Shown: one piece after another, positions 24,964 through 34,541 of the stretch | Layout of the letters: each line of letters starts with the position of its first letter | Numbering within the stretch: position 1 is the stretch's first letter | From: an uncultured bacterium | GTDB lineage: Bacteria; Fidelibacterota; Marinisomatia; Marinisomatales; CAZVFT01 | Direction: 5' to 3' | Length of the DNA: 52,361 bases | Assembly: GCA_964626495.1 (NCBI GenBank) | Contig: CAZVFT010000004.1 | Location: 1 to 52,361 of the forward strand | Translations under genes and position numbers: made by a program | The notes under the pieces: generated by a model | Databases searched by the model: none | Seen by the model: the letters and a program-made list of their open reading frames with translations, nothing else | Told to the model about the DNA's origin: nothing

Positions 24964-25475
24964 TATCTCTTTATCGCCTTCAATTTCCCTGGATCAATCA
25001 ATACCGATATTGCTTGTTGAATCCCATCGATCTTGATGACAAATCTATTTCCACCATCTTTTCTGGATAGAATTCCTTGAATTCCTTTCATTGGACCCAT
25101 CGTAATCTCCACTTCCTCTCCAACTTCCATATAATCGTGCGGTTCCGGGGTATATCCACCCTCAAGCATTTTTTTTACACCTTCAATCTGGAAGTCTGGT
25201 ATCACAGCCGGTTTCTTATTGAAATTCACTATATGATGAACACCGTGAGTTTGTAATACGTACAGTGAATCCACAAGAGGAATACGAACAAAAAGGTAAC
25301 TTCGGAATAGCGGCATCCATACCATTTTTTTCCTGTCTTTCCACTGACAATGTCTCTTAACCAGGGGTAAATAGGATTCTATATCCTTTTTTTTCAACCA
25401 CTCATCAGCCACCTTTTCATGTCGAGGTTTCGTATAGACAGCCAACCAGACAGGATCATTGCTATTGTTACTCAT
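24963..25475 (-). CDS. NusG-like specialised paralog (UpxY-family-like transcription antiterminator)
   Basis: 'WLAVYTKPRHEKVADEWLKKKDIESYLPLVKRHCQWKDRKKMVWMPLFRSYLFVR' (NGN domain). KOW-like 'EVGEEVEITMGPMKGIQGIL'. ATG 25475 overlaps the ddl stop by 8 nt. Confidence 0.7.
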   Translation of the reverse strand: MSNNSNDPVWLAVYTKPRHEKVADEWLKKKDIESYLPLVKRHCQWKDRKKMVWMPLFRSYLFVRIPLVDSLYVLQTHGVHHIVNFNKKPAVIPDFQIEGVKKMLEGGYTPEPHDYMEVGEEVEITMGPMKGIQGILSRKDGGNRFVIKIDGIQQAISVLIDPGKLKAIKR

Positions 25476-26376
25476 TTCGGGCAAACTCAACAATTTTTAT
25501 AACCAAATCCTGAAAAGATATTCCCACAGCTTTTGCAGCTTTGGGGACCAGACTCGTACTGGTCATTCCGGGAAGGGTGTTGATCTCCAGACAATAGTAA
25601 TCATTTTCAGGGTTTAAGCGAAAATCTACCCGGCAATAATGCCTGCATTCCAGGAGATTCACAATACGAAGAGCCGTATCTTGAATATCCTTAGTAAGAT
25701 CTTTCGGTAAATTTGCAGGACATTCATAACGAGACATCCCTTCTGTATATTTGCAGGTATAATCATAATAGTCGTGCGAGGGGATAATCTCGATAATGGG
25801 TAATGCTTTGTCACCAAGAATAGAAACTGTAATTTCCCGTCCGGGGATATATTCCTCAAATAAAATTTCAGACCCAAATTCACTGGCTAATCTGACTGCA
25901 TCATCCAAGCCACTCTCACTTTTTACGATGCTAAGTCCCATAGTACTACCGTCAGCGTTTGGTTTTATCACAACGGGATACACAACATTTGTTGGTTTCA
26001 AATTAATCCTGCTCGTATTTTCCTGATTGAATTGCATCCAATCAGGTGTCAAAATAGAACTATTTCTTAGAATCAATTTCGTTAGATGTTTATCCATTGC
26101 AATGGCAGATGCCTTGTGGTCAGATCCGGTATACTTGATTTTTAAACTCTGAAGCAGCCCCTGCACTGTTCCATTTTCACCTTCGCCACCGTGAAGAGCA
26201 TTAAATACTACATCTGAATTTCGAAGAGTGGACAATACCTCATCCACAGTATCATTGTAGACACACGGTTCAGCTTCCACTCCAGCCGAGATTAGAGCTT
26301 CCACAACCGCCTTCCCTGTGTTGAGAGATACTTCCCTCTCAGAGGAATTTCCCCCCATTAACACTGCAACTTTCAT
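25468..26376 (-). CDS. ddl: D-alanine--D-alanine ligase
   Basis: 'MKVAVLMGGNSSEREVSLNTGKAV', ATP-grasp region, 'EINTLPGMTSTSLVPKAA'. Start ATG 26376 forms an ATGA overlap with the gmhB stop. Confidence 0.9.
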   Translation of the reverse strand: MKVAVLMGGNSSEREVSLNTGKAVVEALISAGVEAEPCVYNDTVDEVLSTLRNSDVVFNALHGGEGENGTVQGLLQSLKIKYTGSDHKASAIAMDKHLTKLILRNSSILTPDWMQFNQENTSRINLKPTNVVYPVVIKPNADGSTMGLSIVKSESGLDDAVRLASEFGSEILFEEYIPGREITVSILGDKALPIIEIIPSHDYYDYTCKYTEGMSRYECPANLPKDLTKDIQDTALRIVNLLECRHYCRVDFRLNPENDYYCLEINTLPGMTSTSLVPKAAKAVGISFQDLVIKIVEFARNE

Positions 26377-26927
26377 TGTATCTTTACCTGCGATAAAAAG
26401 TATTTGGTGCAATCTTCTAATGTATCACCGATAAAATCAACGAATTCACCATCTTTTTTAATCTTTTTTTCGGTCTTATTTCCATTGCCAGTTCGAACGA
26501 GGATAGTTTTTATTCCCAATAATTTACCCGCTTTAATATCTTTATAAGAATCGCCAATGATGTATGTTCCAGAAAGATTGAATTTGTGATCATCTGCCGC
26601 CTGATGAAACAATTGTGTCTTTGGTTTACGACAATTACATTTTTCATCTGGGTGATGTGGACAGTAATAAATCCCCAGTAACTCGACTCCATTTTCGCGA
26701 AATGTTTGGGCAATATAATCGTTAATTCCCATTAAATTTATTTTATCAATTAATCCTCGTGAAAGCCCTGATTGATTCGTAACGATCACAAATTGAAATC
26801 CTCGATCTGATAACATTTTCAAAGCAGGCAGGGTATAATCAAAAAATCGAAATTTCTTAAGTGAACTGATATACCCAGGATCACGATTGATTGTACCATC
26901 ACGATCAAGAAAAATTACTGGACTCAT
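26373..26927 (-). CDS. gmhB: D-glycero-D-manno-heptose 1,7-bisphosphate phosphatase (HAD-IIIA)
   Basis: 'VIFLDRDGTIN', 'VTNQSG', Zn-site 'CPHHPDEKCNCRKP', 'IGDSYKDIKAG'. Confidence 0.8.
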   Translation of the reverse strand: MSPVIFLDRDGTINRDPGYISSLKKFRFFDYTLPALKMLSDRGFQFVIVTNQSGLSRGLIDKINLMGINDYIAQTFRENGVELLGIYYCPHHPDEKCNCRKPKTQLFHQAADDHKFNLSGTYIIGDSYKDIKAGKLLGIKTILVRTGNGNKTEKKIKKDGEFVDFIGDTLEDCTKYFLSQVKIQ

Positions 26928-26930
26928 AAA

Positions 26931-28013
26931 TTACTCACCTTTCTCTAGTAACGTATCCTGTTCTGTAGCAGATATTGGAATTTTCACTGCAGAATATCCC
27001 AACGTATTTGCCATTTTATTTATTTCATCACGGAGAAAAACTTCTCCTTTTGATGAGGCACTTACAGCAGTAATAGCTTCACCATTCGTCGCATTAACAA
27101 GTCGGGCATCCAGCTCAATCATAGAACCTAAATAACTAACACTTCCTACTACAACAGCATCTACACCAACGATCTTCCCTACATCTACTGCCGTTTCCTG
27201 ATCCACCACGCCTGTAAGACCAAGTGCTTGTTCTTCCATTATTTTACTGAGTTGTGTCCGTTCCATTACTCTAAATTGTCCCGTATTGATTAAGGCTGTA
27301 ATTAACATTTCCACTACAGATTCACCCAATTTTGTTTCTTCACTTTTCGTTCCTGTATCTTCAAATGGAAAAATAGCAATGTACGGTTTAATTTCAAGAA
27401 TCTCATATTCAGAAGGAACGACTAAATCCCCTGTCTTAGATTCCTGTTCTACTTTTAAGGTATCTACAGCAGGTGTCTGCTGCGCTTTAACAACCTCGGG
27501 TTCAGCAATCTTGGACATATGGAAGGTTTTAATATGAAGTTCAATATCTTCCTTTTGTTTTGTTTCACGAGAATATTCTCGAGCTTTTTTTAGATGATGT
27601 AAAGCCATTGATTTTCGGCCTTCTCTCCAGGAAAGGTAAGCTTTCACGAGATGCCCCTTAGCAGAGGTAGGTAATATTTTTAATATTATTTCAGCTTCTA
27701 TCTTTGCTTTTCTAAAATCCTTTTGTCTGAGGGCGATGAGTCCAAGATACTCGTGAGCTTGTAGAAAATTAGGATGATCTTCTACTATTCGATTGAAGAC
27801 GATCTTAGCATCGTTATATTTTCCATCTTCGTATAATTTTACCCCTTTGGAAAAACGCCACCGCAAGCGGAATCCCATCTTATGTGATTGATGCATCTGG
27901 GCTACCTCACTCGAAGCAGTAACTGTCCGCTCTGTCTCAGGAAATATTTCAGTAGTAAAACTAAGAACAAGGATAATACATAAATAATACAAGTATGACT
28001 TAATCATATTCAC
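26931..28013 (-). CDS. TPR-repeat protein with C-terminal CsgG/FlgO-like (COG1462-type) domain
   Basis: N-terminal hydrophobic segment and TPR-like helices. C-terminal 'YIAIFPFEDTG...LGESVVEMLITALINTGQFRVMERTQLSKIMEEQALGLTGVVDQETAVDVGKIVGVDAVVVGSV'. Confidence 0.45.
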   Translation of the reverse strand: MNMIKSYLYYLCIILVLSFTTEIFPETERTVTASSEVAQMHQSHKMGFRLRWRFSKGVKLYEDGKYNDAKIVFNRIVEDHPNFLQAHEYLGLIALRQKDFRKAKIEAEIILKILPTSAKGHLVKAYLSWREGRKSMALHHLKKAREYSRETKQKEDIELHIKTFHMSKIAEPEVVKAQQTPAVDTLKVEQESKTGDLVVPSEYEILEIKPYIAIFPFEDTGTKSEETKLGESVVEMLITALINTGQFRVMERTQLSKIMEEQALGLTGVVDQETAVDVGKIVGVDAVVVGSVSYLGSMIELDARLVNATNGEAITAVSASSKGEVFLRDEINKMANTLGYSAVKIPISATEQDTLLEKGE

Positions 28014-29005
28014 TGTTCCTTTCCTTTTTCACTGTTTTTCAATAAATATAATCGAATTACTTCGATACTGACTGAACTTTTTATAAAATAATAAAGTCCG
28101 ACTAAGGTTAAAGGAATAAAATTAATAGCATGATTGAGTATAGCATATGCTAGAGCAACATCAGTGGTCTGTTGATAGATATAAACCAGAACATTTTTAG
28201 AAGCAAAGTGCCAGGTTCCTATAAATCCGGGAGCAGATGGGATTGATATCGCCAGTGAAGTCGCTATCAGAAGTACTCCCGCCTGCATCCCATTCGCGGT
28301 GATATGAACTGCTTTTAATGAAGCAAAAGTTACCATTAAGTAGATAAACCAGAGTAACAGAGTAATAACAAGAATCTGGCTTACGTGTTTGGTTTTTCTA
28401 AGTACGATTAATCCCTGAACAAATTTATCAATTATTTCAATAGCCTTCTGTCCATATTTCCTCTGAAAAATGGATAGCTTTTCAAATTTTACTATCCATT
28501 CCTGATGGGTTTTGGATATCCACCATAAAATAATGCCAACAAGAATTACTGATATACCAATAATAATCCCTGGTATAGAGAATGCTTGTGGAACATCCCC
28601 CCAAATAAAAATAATAATAAGAAACACCAGAAAACCAACCATATCCACAACCCGTTCTACTACGACTGTCCCAAAAGCTGAACTTGCTGAAACCTTTTCA
28701 TCCATTTTCAAAGCATAGGCTCTCAAGATTTCACCCAGACGAAGAGGAAGAGCATTATTCCCAAAATTTCCAATCATAATATTGGCAAATAGCGGATATT
28801 GCCGAATCTGTTTAATGGGCAAGACAATAATACGATATCTAATAGCCCGGACCCAAACACTCCCAAGTAACAATAAAACTGCCACTAAAATCCACCCGAG
28901 ATGAGCCTGACCAAGGGCATTACCAAGAGAATGAATATCCACTTTCCGGAATGCAAGATACAATCCTAAAGCACTGATAATTATTCCAACCAATAGCTTT
29001 TTCAT
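28010..29005 (-). CDS. UPF0104 / lysylphosphatidylglycerol-synthase-TM-like (flippase-like) membrane protein
   Basis: 331 aa, polytopic. 'LGWILVAVLLLLGSVWVRAIRYRII' is typical of LPG_synthase_TM-type proteins. No C-terminal synthase domain. Confidence 0.6.
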   Translation of the reverse strand: MKKLLVGIIISALGLYLAFRKVDIHSLGNALGQAHLGWILVAVLLLLGSVWVRAIRYRIIVLPIKQIRQYPLFANIMIGNFGNNALPLRLGEILRAYALKMDEKVSASSAFGTVVVERVVDMVGFLVFLIIIFIWGDVPQAFSIPGIIIGISVILVGIILWWISKTHQEWIVKFEKLSIFQRKYGQKAIEIIDKFVQGLIVLRKTKHVSQILVITLLLWFIYLMVTFASLKAVHITANGMQAGVLLIATSLAISIPSAPGFIGTWHFASKNVLVYIYQQTTDVALAYAILNHAINFIPLTLVGLYYFIKSSVSIEVIRLYLLKNSEKGKEQ

Positions 29006-29006
29006 C

Positions 29007-29657
29007 TCACTCTCTCAAATCTATGATTTCACCAGCTGTCAGATTTCCTTGAATTAAACACTTTGGATCGTTCAACGGTAAAACTCGATTGATTCGAATG
29101 GAGACCTGAATATCCTCACCGGCTGTAGCATAAATCAATTGAGGAAGCCAACTGTTTTCATCTACTAAAATCTTCAATTTATCGAAGCCAACCATTGTTT
29201 TTCCCACCAATAGCAATTCAACCAGTGAGGTTCCCACTCGCTCTGCGCTTTCGACATAGAATAAATCAAATTCACCTAAAAAGAGGGCAAAAATGTTGGA
29301 TGGATCCTGTCGGTTGAAATGGTCAATTATTAACTGGTCAGTTTCTGGATATTTCATCATAATTGTTGATTTCTTGATCAGCACTTCCTGGTAAGGAAGT
29401 TCGAGTTTCAAATAATCTTTTCCTAAAACTTGAAGAGTTCCCTCTCCAGTCCATGAATCACCCTCAAATTCGTAATACCACTGAACCGTAAAAACAAGAC
29501 CACCGGTATCTGCGACAGAGGTCACCAGATGATCGAGAATTAATTCTGGAGTTTTAATAAGATTTTGGGGATTCAATGTGGTGGCACTTATGAAAAAAAA
29601 GAAGTACACCAGATTGATCAAGATGGGAAGAATCCGTATCCTACCACCCATTATCAT
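29007..29657 (-). CDS. LolA-like periplasmic lipoprotein-carrier-fold protein (tentative)
   Basis: Position directly after ftsK matches the common ftsK-lolA synteny. Signal-like 'RILPILINLVYFFFFISA'. Size ~215 aa. Start ATG 29657 or 29651 overlaps the end of ftsK. The sequence alone is not diagnostic. Confidence 0.45.
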   Translation of the reverse strand: MIMGGRIRILPILINLVYFFFFISATTLNPQNLIKTPELILDHLVTSVADTGGLVFTVQWYYEFEGDSWTGEGTLQVLGKDYLKLELPYQEVLIKKSTIMMKYPETDQLIIDHFNRQDPSNIFALFLGEFDLFYVESAERVGTSLVELLLVGKTMVGFDKLKILVDENSWLPQLIYATAGEDIQVSIRINRVLPLNDPKCLIQGNLTAGEIIDLRE

Positions 29658-31947
29658 CCAGACTTGAGAGGTAGTTATCATCAACCAAGACCTCCCTGGC
29701 TTTACTTCCCGTAAAAGGTCCTACAATACCTGCTTGTTCCATCTGGTCGATGAGTCTTGCTGCTCTGGAATAACCAATACGGAGCCTGCGCTGAATCAGA
29801 GAAATGGATCCCTGCTGATGTGTTACCACCAATCGAACCGCTTCATTAAACAGTTCATCCCTGTCCCCTTCTCTACCAATTTCCTCACCGGAGATATGTA
29901 CTTTCATTCCCTCCAGTTTCAACTCTTCTGGTGTGGGCTGTTTGGTAATATGGTCAACAACATTATTTATTTCTTCTAATGTGACATATGAATTATGAAG
30001 ACGGATAAGTTCAGAAGTGCCAGGAGGAAGAAACAACATATCTCCTTTTCCTATCAATTTTTCAGCTCCGTTACTATCAACAATTGTTCGGGAATCCACA
30101 CGTGTAGCTACCTGAAAAGCGATCCGGGCAGGGAAATTAGCTTTGATGATCCCTGTGATAACATCTACGGATGGACGTTGAGTTGCTAAGACAAGGTGGA
30201 TTCCAACAGCACGCGCCATTTGTGCGAGGCGTGCAATGGGAGCTTCCACATCCTTTGGAGAGTGAATCATCAAATCCGCCAGCTCATCAATAATTACCAA
30301 AATGTATGGCATTTTCTCCAGATTTGTGTCCGTTTTTGCTTTTTCCTGAAATTCCTTAATGTTACGTACTGTGGCTTCTGCAAGAACATCATACCGACGA
30401 ACCATTTCCTGCTCAGCAGCCCTGAGGGCAAACACAACGTTTTCTGGTGTGGTTATCACATATTCATTAATATCTTCAGTGGTGAGCAAATGATATTTAT
30501 CAAGAGAACGATACACGGACATCTCAAGTTTTTTCGGATCAATAAGAATAAAACGAACTTCATCCGGGGTGGCTCGGTATAGAATGCTGGTAATGATGGT
30601 ATTGATACATACCGATTTTCCTGATCCTGTGGTTCCGGCAATCAGAAGGTGGGGCATCTCATCAATTTCAATCATATAATTTTCACCGCTGGTGGTTTTC
30701 CCCAGTGCGACTGCTAACTTTGAAGTGGAATTCACATATTTTCCAGAATTAATAACAGAACGGAGATAAACAATGGATGGATAACGATTCGGGATTTCAA
30801 TACCGACAGTCGATTTCCCAGGTATGGGAGCAACTACTCTTACTTTTTGTGCTTCCATTACCCGTGCTAGATCGTCCGATAGTTGCACAAATTTGCTGAC
30901 ACGAACACCTTCTGCCGGTTCCACTTCAAACAGAGTAATGACGGGACCAGGAGAGATATTGACTACTTTCCCTTCAACTCCAAATGTTTGAAGGGACTGC
31001 ACCAAATAATTGGCTTTTGCTACTAGCTCATCATAGCTTGTGCTGGATTTTACCTCAATCGGCATATTCAGAAGATCAACAGAGGGCAGCTGATACTGTC
31101 TGGTTGGACGCTTCGTAGTCGTATCGAGATCTACCTCATCCTCGATTACCTCTTCTCCAATAGTGAATTCCTTCTCGTTGTCCATCTGAGCTATGGATTC
31201 TCCTCTCGAAGGTTCAACCTTTTTTTCATCAGAAACAGGTTTGGGTTCTGGCGTCGGTTGCCGAGAGGGTTCAACGGATTCGATAGTCAATTGCTCTGGA
31301 GCTTTTTCTCCTTTCGGTTGTTTTACCTTAAGTTGCTCTAACAGTTTTTTGGTGTGTCTTTTCCGTGCATCTTCCCTTTTTTTCTCAGAAGCTAACATTT
31401 TTCGACGGTCTTTGTACCTGGTAATCTTTTCACCTGTCTTTTTGAAGGGCCAATAAAGACTCCAGCTGAAATAACCCCGGATTAATATTAGGGCAAGTCC
31501 AATAAGAAAAATCCAGCTTCCAATGGTACCGAGAAAGTCGTGAATTAAATTTGCCAACAAGCAGCCTAACAATCCTGAATAGTGGTAACTAATCGCTTCA
31601 TATGAATCTTTAATAGCCGCAGGCAAACCAATCAAAACAGCCGTTAATAGGGCAAGAGCCAACACATATATTGTCAACTTCACCATGGCTTTTTCAGGTC
31701 TTTTACTGAATATCCACCAGCCCCAGATAAGTCCCAAGAGAGGAAAGATATACGCTGCATAACCAATCGTCATTTTGATTAACCAGTGCGAAACATAGAC
31801 GCCAAATATTCCCATCAAATTGTTGATGGCAATATGCTTTGAGATTGCAGGTTCCTCAGCGGGATCAAAGGTGATCATACTCAGAAGTACAAAGAGGGAT
31901 ACAACGATAAGAAGAATCCCTATTATTTCATTTCGCCTATTTTGCAT
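29641..31947 (-). CDS. ftsK: DNA translocase FtsK
   Basis: N-terminal TM segments, charged linker, Walker A 'GTTGSGKSV', 'VIIDELADLM'. Gamma domain 'ISLIQRRLRIGYSRAARLIDQMEQAGIVG'. Confidence 0.95.
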   Translation of the reverse strand: MQNRRNEIIGILLIVVSLFVLLSMITFDPAEEPAISKHIAINNLMGIFGVYVSHWLIKMTIGYAAYIFPLLGLIWGWWIFSKRPEKAMVKLTIYVLALALLTAVLIGLPAAIKDSYEAISYHYSGLLGCLLANLIHDFLGTIGSWIFLIGLALILIRGYFSWSLYWPFKKTGEKITRYKDRRKMLASEKKREDARKRHTKKLLEQLKVKQPKGEKAPEQLTIESVEPSRQPTPEPKPVSDEKKVEPSRGESIAQMDNEKEFTIGEEVIEDEVDLDTTTKRPTRQYQLPSVDLLNMPIEVKSSTSYDELVAKANYLVQSLQTFGVEGKVVNISPGPVITLFEVEPAEGVRVSKFVQLSDDLARVMEAQKVRVVAPIPGKSTVGIEIPNRYPSIVYLRSVINSGKYVNSTSKLAVALGKTTSGENYMIEIDEMPHLLIAGTTGSGKSVCINTIITSILYRATPDEVRFILIDPKKLEMSVYRSLDKYHLLTTEDINEYVITTPENVVFALRAAEQEMVRRYDVLAEATVRNIKEFQEKAKTDTNLEKMPYILVIIDELADLMIHSPKDVEAPIARLAQMARAVGIHLVLATQRPSVDVITGIIKANFPARIAFQVATRVDSRTIVDSNGAEKLIGKGDMLFLPPGTSELIRLHNSYVTLEEINNVVDHITKQPTPEELKLEGMKVHISGEEIGREGDRDELFNEAVRLVVTHQQGSISLIQRRLRIGYSRAARLIDQMEQAGIVGPFTGSKAREVLVDDNYLSSLDDNGW

Positions 31948-32010
31948 TATTAAATATCACAATAATTACATCATATAATCTGAGGTAAATAAAGGAAAAC
32001 CTCAATTGAT

Positions 32011-33117
32011 TTATTCCATTAAAGAGCCATGTTTCCAGAATGGTGGTTTAACAATGCGAGCCTTGATGAACTTCTGCCGAATCTCAATTTGAATTTCAGT
32101 ACCGGATTTTGCATATTTCCTTAAAACGTATCCAAGACCAATCCCCTTTTTCAGACAGGGTGAATGTCCCCCACTTGTTACAAAACCCACTTCATCACCT
32201 TCAACAAATATTTTGTATCCATGTCGTGGAATTCCTCTTTCCGTCAATCCAAAAGCAACCAGTCGGCGATTGGATTTGTATTGTTTTACATTAAGAATAG
32301 CTTCTTTTCCAATAAAATTATCTGACTCAACTATAGTAATCCATCCCAATCCAGCTTCGATAGGGTTTGTGGTTTCGTCAATGTCATTACCGTACAGACA
32401 ATATTTCATTTCCAGTCGGAGAGAGTCACGAGCTCCAAGACCGATTGGTTTTATCCCGTGTTGTTCCCCAATCAACATAATCTCATCCCATAAATACCTG
32501 GCCAAATCTCTATCTTTCACATAGAGTTCATATCCCAATTCTCCAGTATATCCCGTCCTAGTACATAAAAGTGGAATTCCATCAATCGTTGTTTCTGTTA
32601 CATGATAAAATTTCAGCTTATGGACAGTGATTGATTCATTGAGTACGTTACGTAAAACCTCTCGAGATTTAGGTCCCTGAACGGCTATGAGAGTTGTTTC
32701 ATCAGAAGTATTGTAAAGTTCAACATCTCCTTCAAGATGCTGTTCTAACCACAGCAAATCTTTCTCAATATTCGCTGCATTAACAACTAGAAGATAATGA
32801 TTTTCCAGACGATACAGAATACAATCGTCCACGATGCCGCCAGTTTCATAGCACATAGCGGTATATTGTGCCTGTCCCACATCAAGCTGAGATACATCGT
32901 TGATGGTCATTCTCTGAAGAAAAGCCTCAGCATCCTTACCTCTAATTTCAAATTCACCCATATGCGAAAGATCAAATATCCCCACTTTTTCCCGAACTGT
33001 CAGGTGTTCATCCATAATACCGGAATATTGTACCGGCATCTCATAGTCAGCAAAGGGAATTATTTTACCACCAAGTTCCCGGTGTATTTCGTAGAGAGAT
33101 GTTTTTTTTAAGTCCAT
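32011..33117 (-). CDS. gcvT: Glycine cleavage system aminomethyltransferase T
   Basis: 'TSLYEIHRELGGKIIPFADYEMPVQYSGIMDEHLTVREKVGIFDLSHMGE', 368 aa. Confidence 0.95.
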   Translation of the reverse strand: MDLKKTSLYEIHRELGGKIIPFADYEMPVQYSGIMDEHLTVREKVGIFDLSHMGEFEIRGKDAEAFLQRMTINDVSQLDVGQAQYTAMCYETGGIVDDCILYRLENHYLLVVNAANIEKDLLWLEQHLEGDVELYNTSDETTLIAVQGPKSREVLRNVLNESITVHKLKFYHVTETTIDGIPLLCTRTGYTGELGYELYVKDRDLARYLWDEIMLIGEQHGIKPIGLGARDSLRLEMKYCLYGNDIDETTNPIEAGLGWITIVESDNFIGKEAILNVKQYKSNRRLVAFGLTERGIPRHGYKIFVEGDEVGFVTSGGHSPCLKKGIGLGYVLRKYAKSGTEIQIEIRQKFIKARIVKPPFWKHGSLME

Positions 33118-33398
33118 CAGTTATTCAAATTACTTAAATATCTTACTGACTAATGTTGTATAGTTTAAGACTATGCAGTTCATATCCTCTTTATAAACCG
33201 TGATATCATACAGTATGCAATTTACACAATTCCATCACTCCTCCATAGGAGCTCCCTTCTGGAGCACCACTCCATAAATCCACAATCTTCTTCCTTCATC
33301 ACTTAACATTCTATAAAACCCCGAAGGGTAAACTCCGGTTATTCTCTTTAATTCCTTCCTCTATCAACCATTATCCATCATCCCTCAACCATCATCAT

Positions 33399-34487
33399 TC
33401 ACCCATTAGCTTTTCTAAAATCCTCCATAAACTCAGCCACTTTCTCGGCTCCTTCAAGAGGCATAGCATTATACATAGAAACTCGGATACCACCCACGCT
33501 TCTGTGTCCTTTCAACCCCACAAAACCAGCTTCTTTCGCTTCAGCTATCAGCTTTTTTTCCAGATCCTCATTTGGCAGGCGAAGAGTAACATTCATCCAG
33601 CTGCGACTTTCTTTTTCTGCGGTACCCCTGAAAAATTCGGGATACGTTTCAATCAAGCGATATATTGCATCTTTTTTCTTACGATTTACTTCTTCTACCG
33701 CAGTGAGTCCACCCTGATTTTTGATCCATTCGAGAACTAATTTGACGATATACACAGCAAAAACGGGAGGCGTATTAAATAGGGAATTTTTCGCTGCCTG
33801 AGTACGATAATCAATCATTGTGGGGAGTCCCTCTTTACATTTTTCCAGGAGGTCATCCCGAATGACTACTAACGTGATACCAGAAGGCCCAAGATTCTTT
33901 TGAGCTCCAGCGTAAAACATAGCAAATTTGGAAAAATCCAATTGCCGCGAACAGATATCGGATGACATATCGCTGATTAGAGGAACTTTACCAGTGTCAG
34001 GAAATGTGTGATATTGAGTCCCTTTGATTGTATTGTTGGTGGTAATGTGCAGGTAAGCAACATCTTCAGGATAATCAATATCAGCTGGTTCGGGTATGAA
34101 TGTATAATCAGCATCCTTTGACGACCCTGCGATATGAACCTGACCGATATTTTGAGCCTCTTTAATAGCTTTTGTCGTCCAGGTTCCTGTATCTACATAA
34201 GCTGCTGTCTTGCCTTCGTGGAGAAAATTGAGAGGGATATACGCAAACTGGGTGGATGCACCTCCACCTACAAACAGCACTTTGTAGTTCTCGCCTAACC
34301 CCATAATTTCCTTAGCTAGAAAAATTGCAGAACTGTTGACTTCTTCATATTCAGGAGATCGATGAGAACTCTCTAAAATGGACATGCCCGTTCCCCGGTA
34401 ATCCAGCAGTTCTTCCTGAACCGTTTCAAGAACTTCCAGTGGGAGTATTGCGGGACCGGGGTTAAAGTTAAATACTCGTTTTGTCAT
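33399..34487 (-). CDS. serC: 3-phosphoserine aminotransferase
   Basis: 'FNFNPGPAILPLEVL', 'YAGAQKNLGPSGITLVVIR' (PLP Lys), 362 aa. Confidence 0.95.
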   Translation of the reverse strand: MTKRVFNFNPGPAILPLEVLETVQEELLDYRGTGMSILESSHRSPEYEEVNSSAIFLAKEIMGLGENYKVLFVGGGASTQFAYIPLNFLHEGKTAAYVDTGTWTTKAIKEAQNIGQVHIAGSSKDADYTFIPEPADIDYPEDVAYLHITTNNTIKGTQYHTFPDTGKVPLISDMSSDICSRQLDFSKFAMFYAGAQKNLGPSGITLVVIRDDLLEKCKEGLPTMIDYRTQAAKNSLFNTPPVFAVYIVKLVLEWIKNQGGLTAVEEVNRKKKDAIYRLIETYPEFFRGTAEKESRSWMNVTLRLPNEDLEKKLIAEAKEAGFVGLKGHRSVGGIRVSMYNAMPLEGAEKVAEFMEDFRKANG

Positions 34488-34541
34488 GACTTTTCCTTTA
34501 TTTTATTGATTGCTTCGTTAGATCGTTTACCAATAGAATTA

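Noticed and set aside
33118-33398. Glycine riboswitch upstream of gcvT
   Set aside because: The context is right, and 'GGAGUG...CUCCAGAAGGGAGC' vaguely recalls 'GGAGAG...CACCGAAGGGGCAA'. However, the P2 hairpin, the ACCGAAGG core and the 'CUCAGG...GGAC' closing element are not present. I cannot support the call without a covariance-model search.
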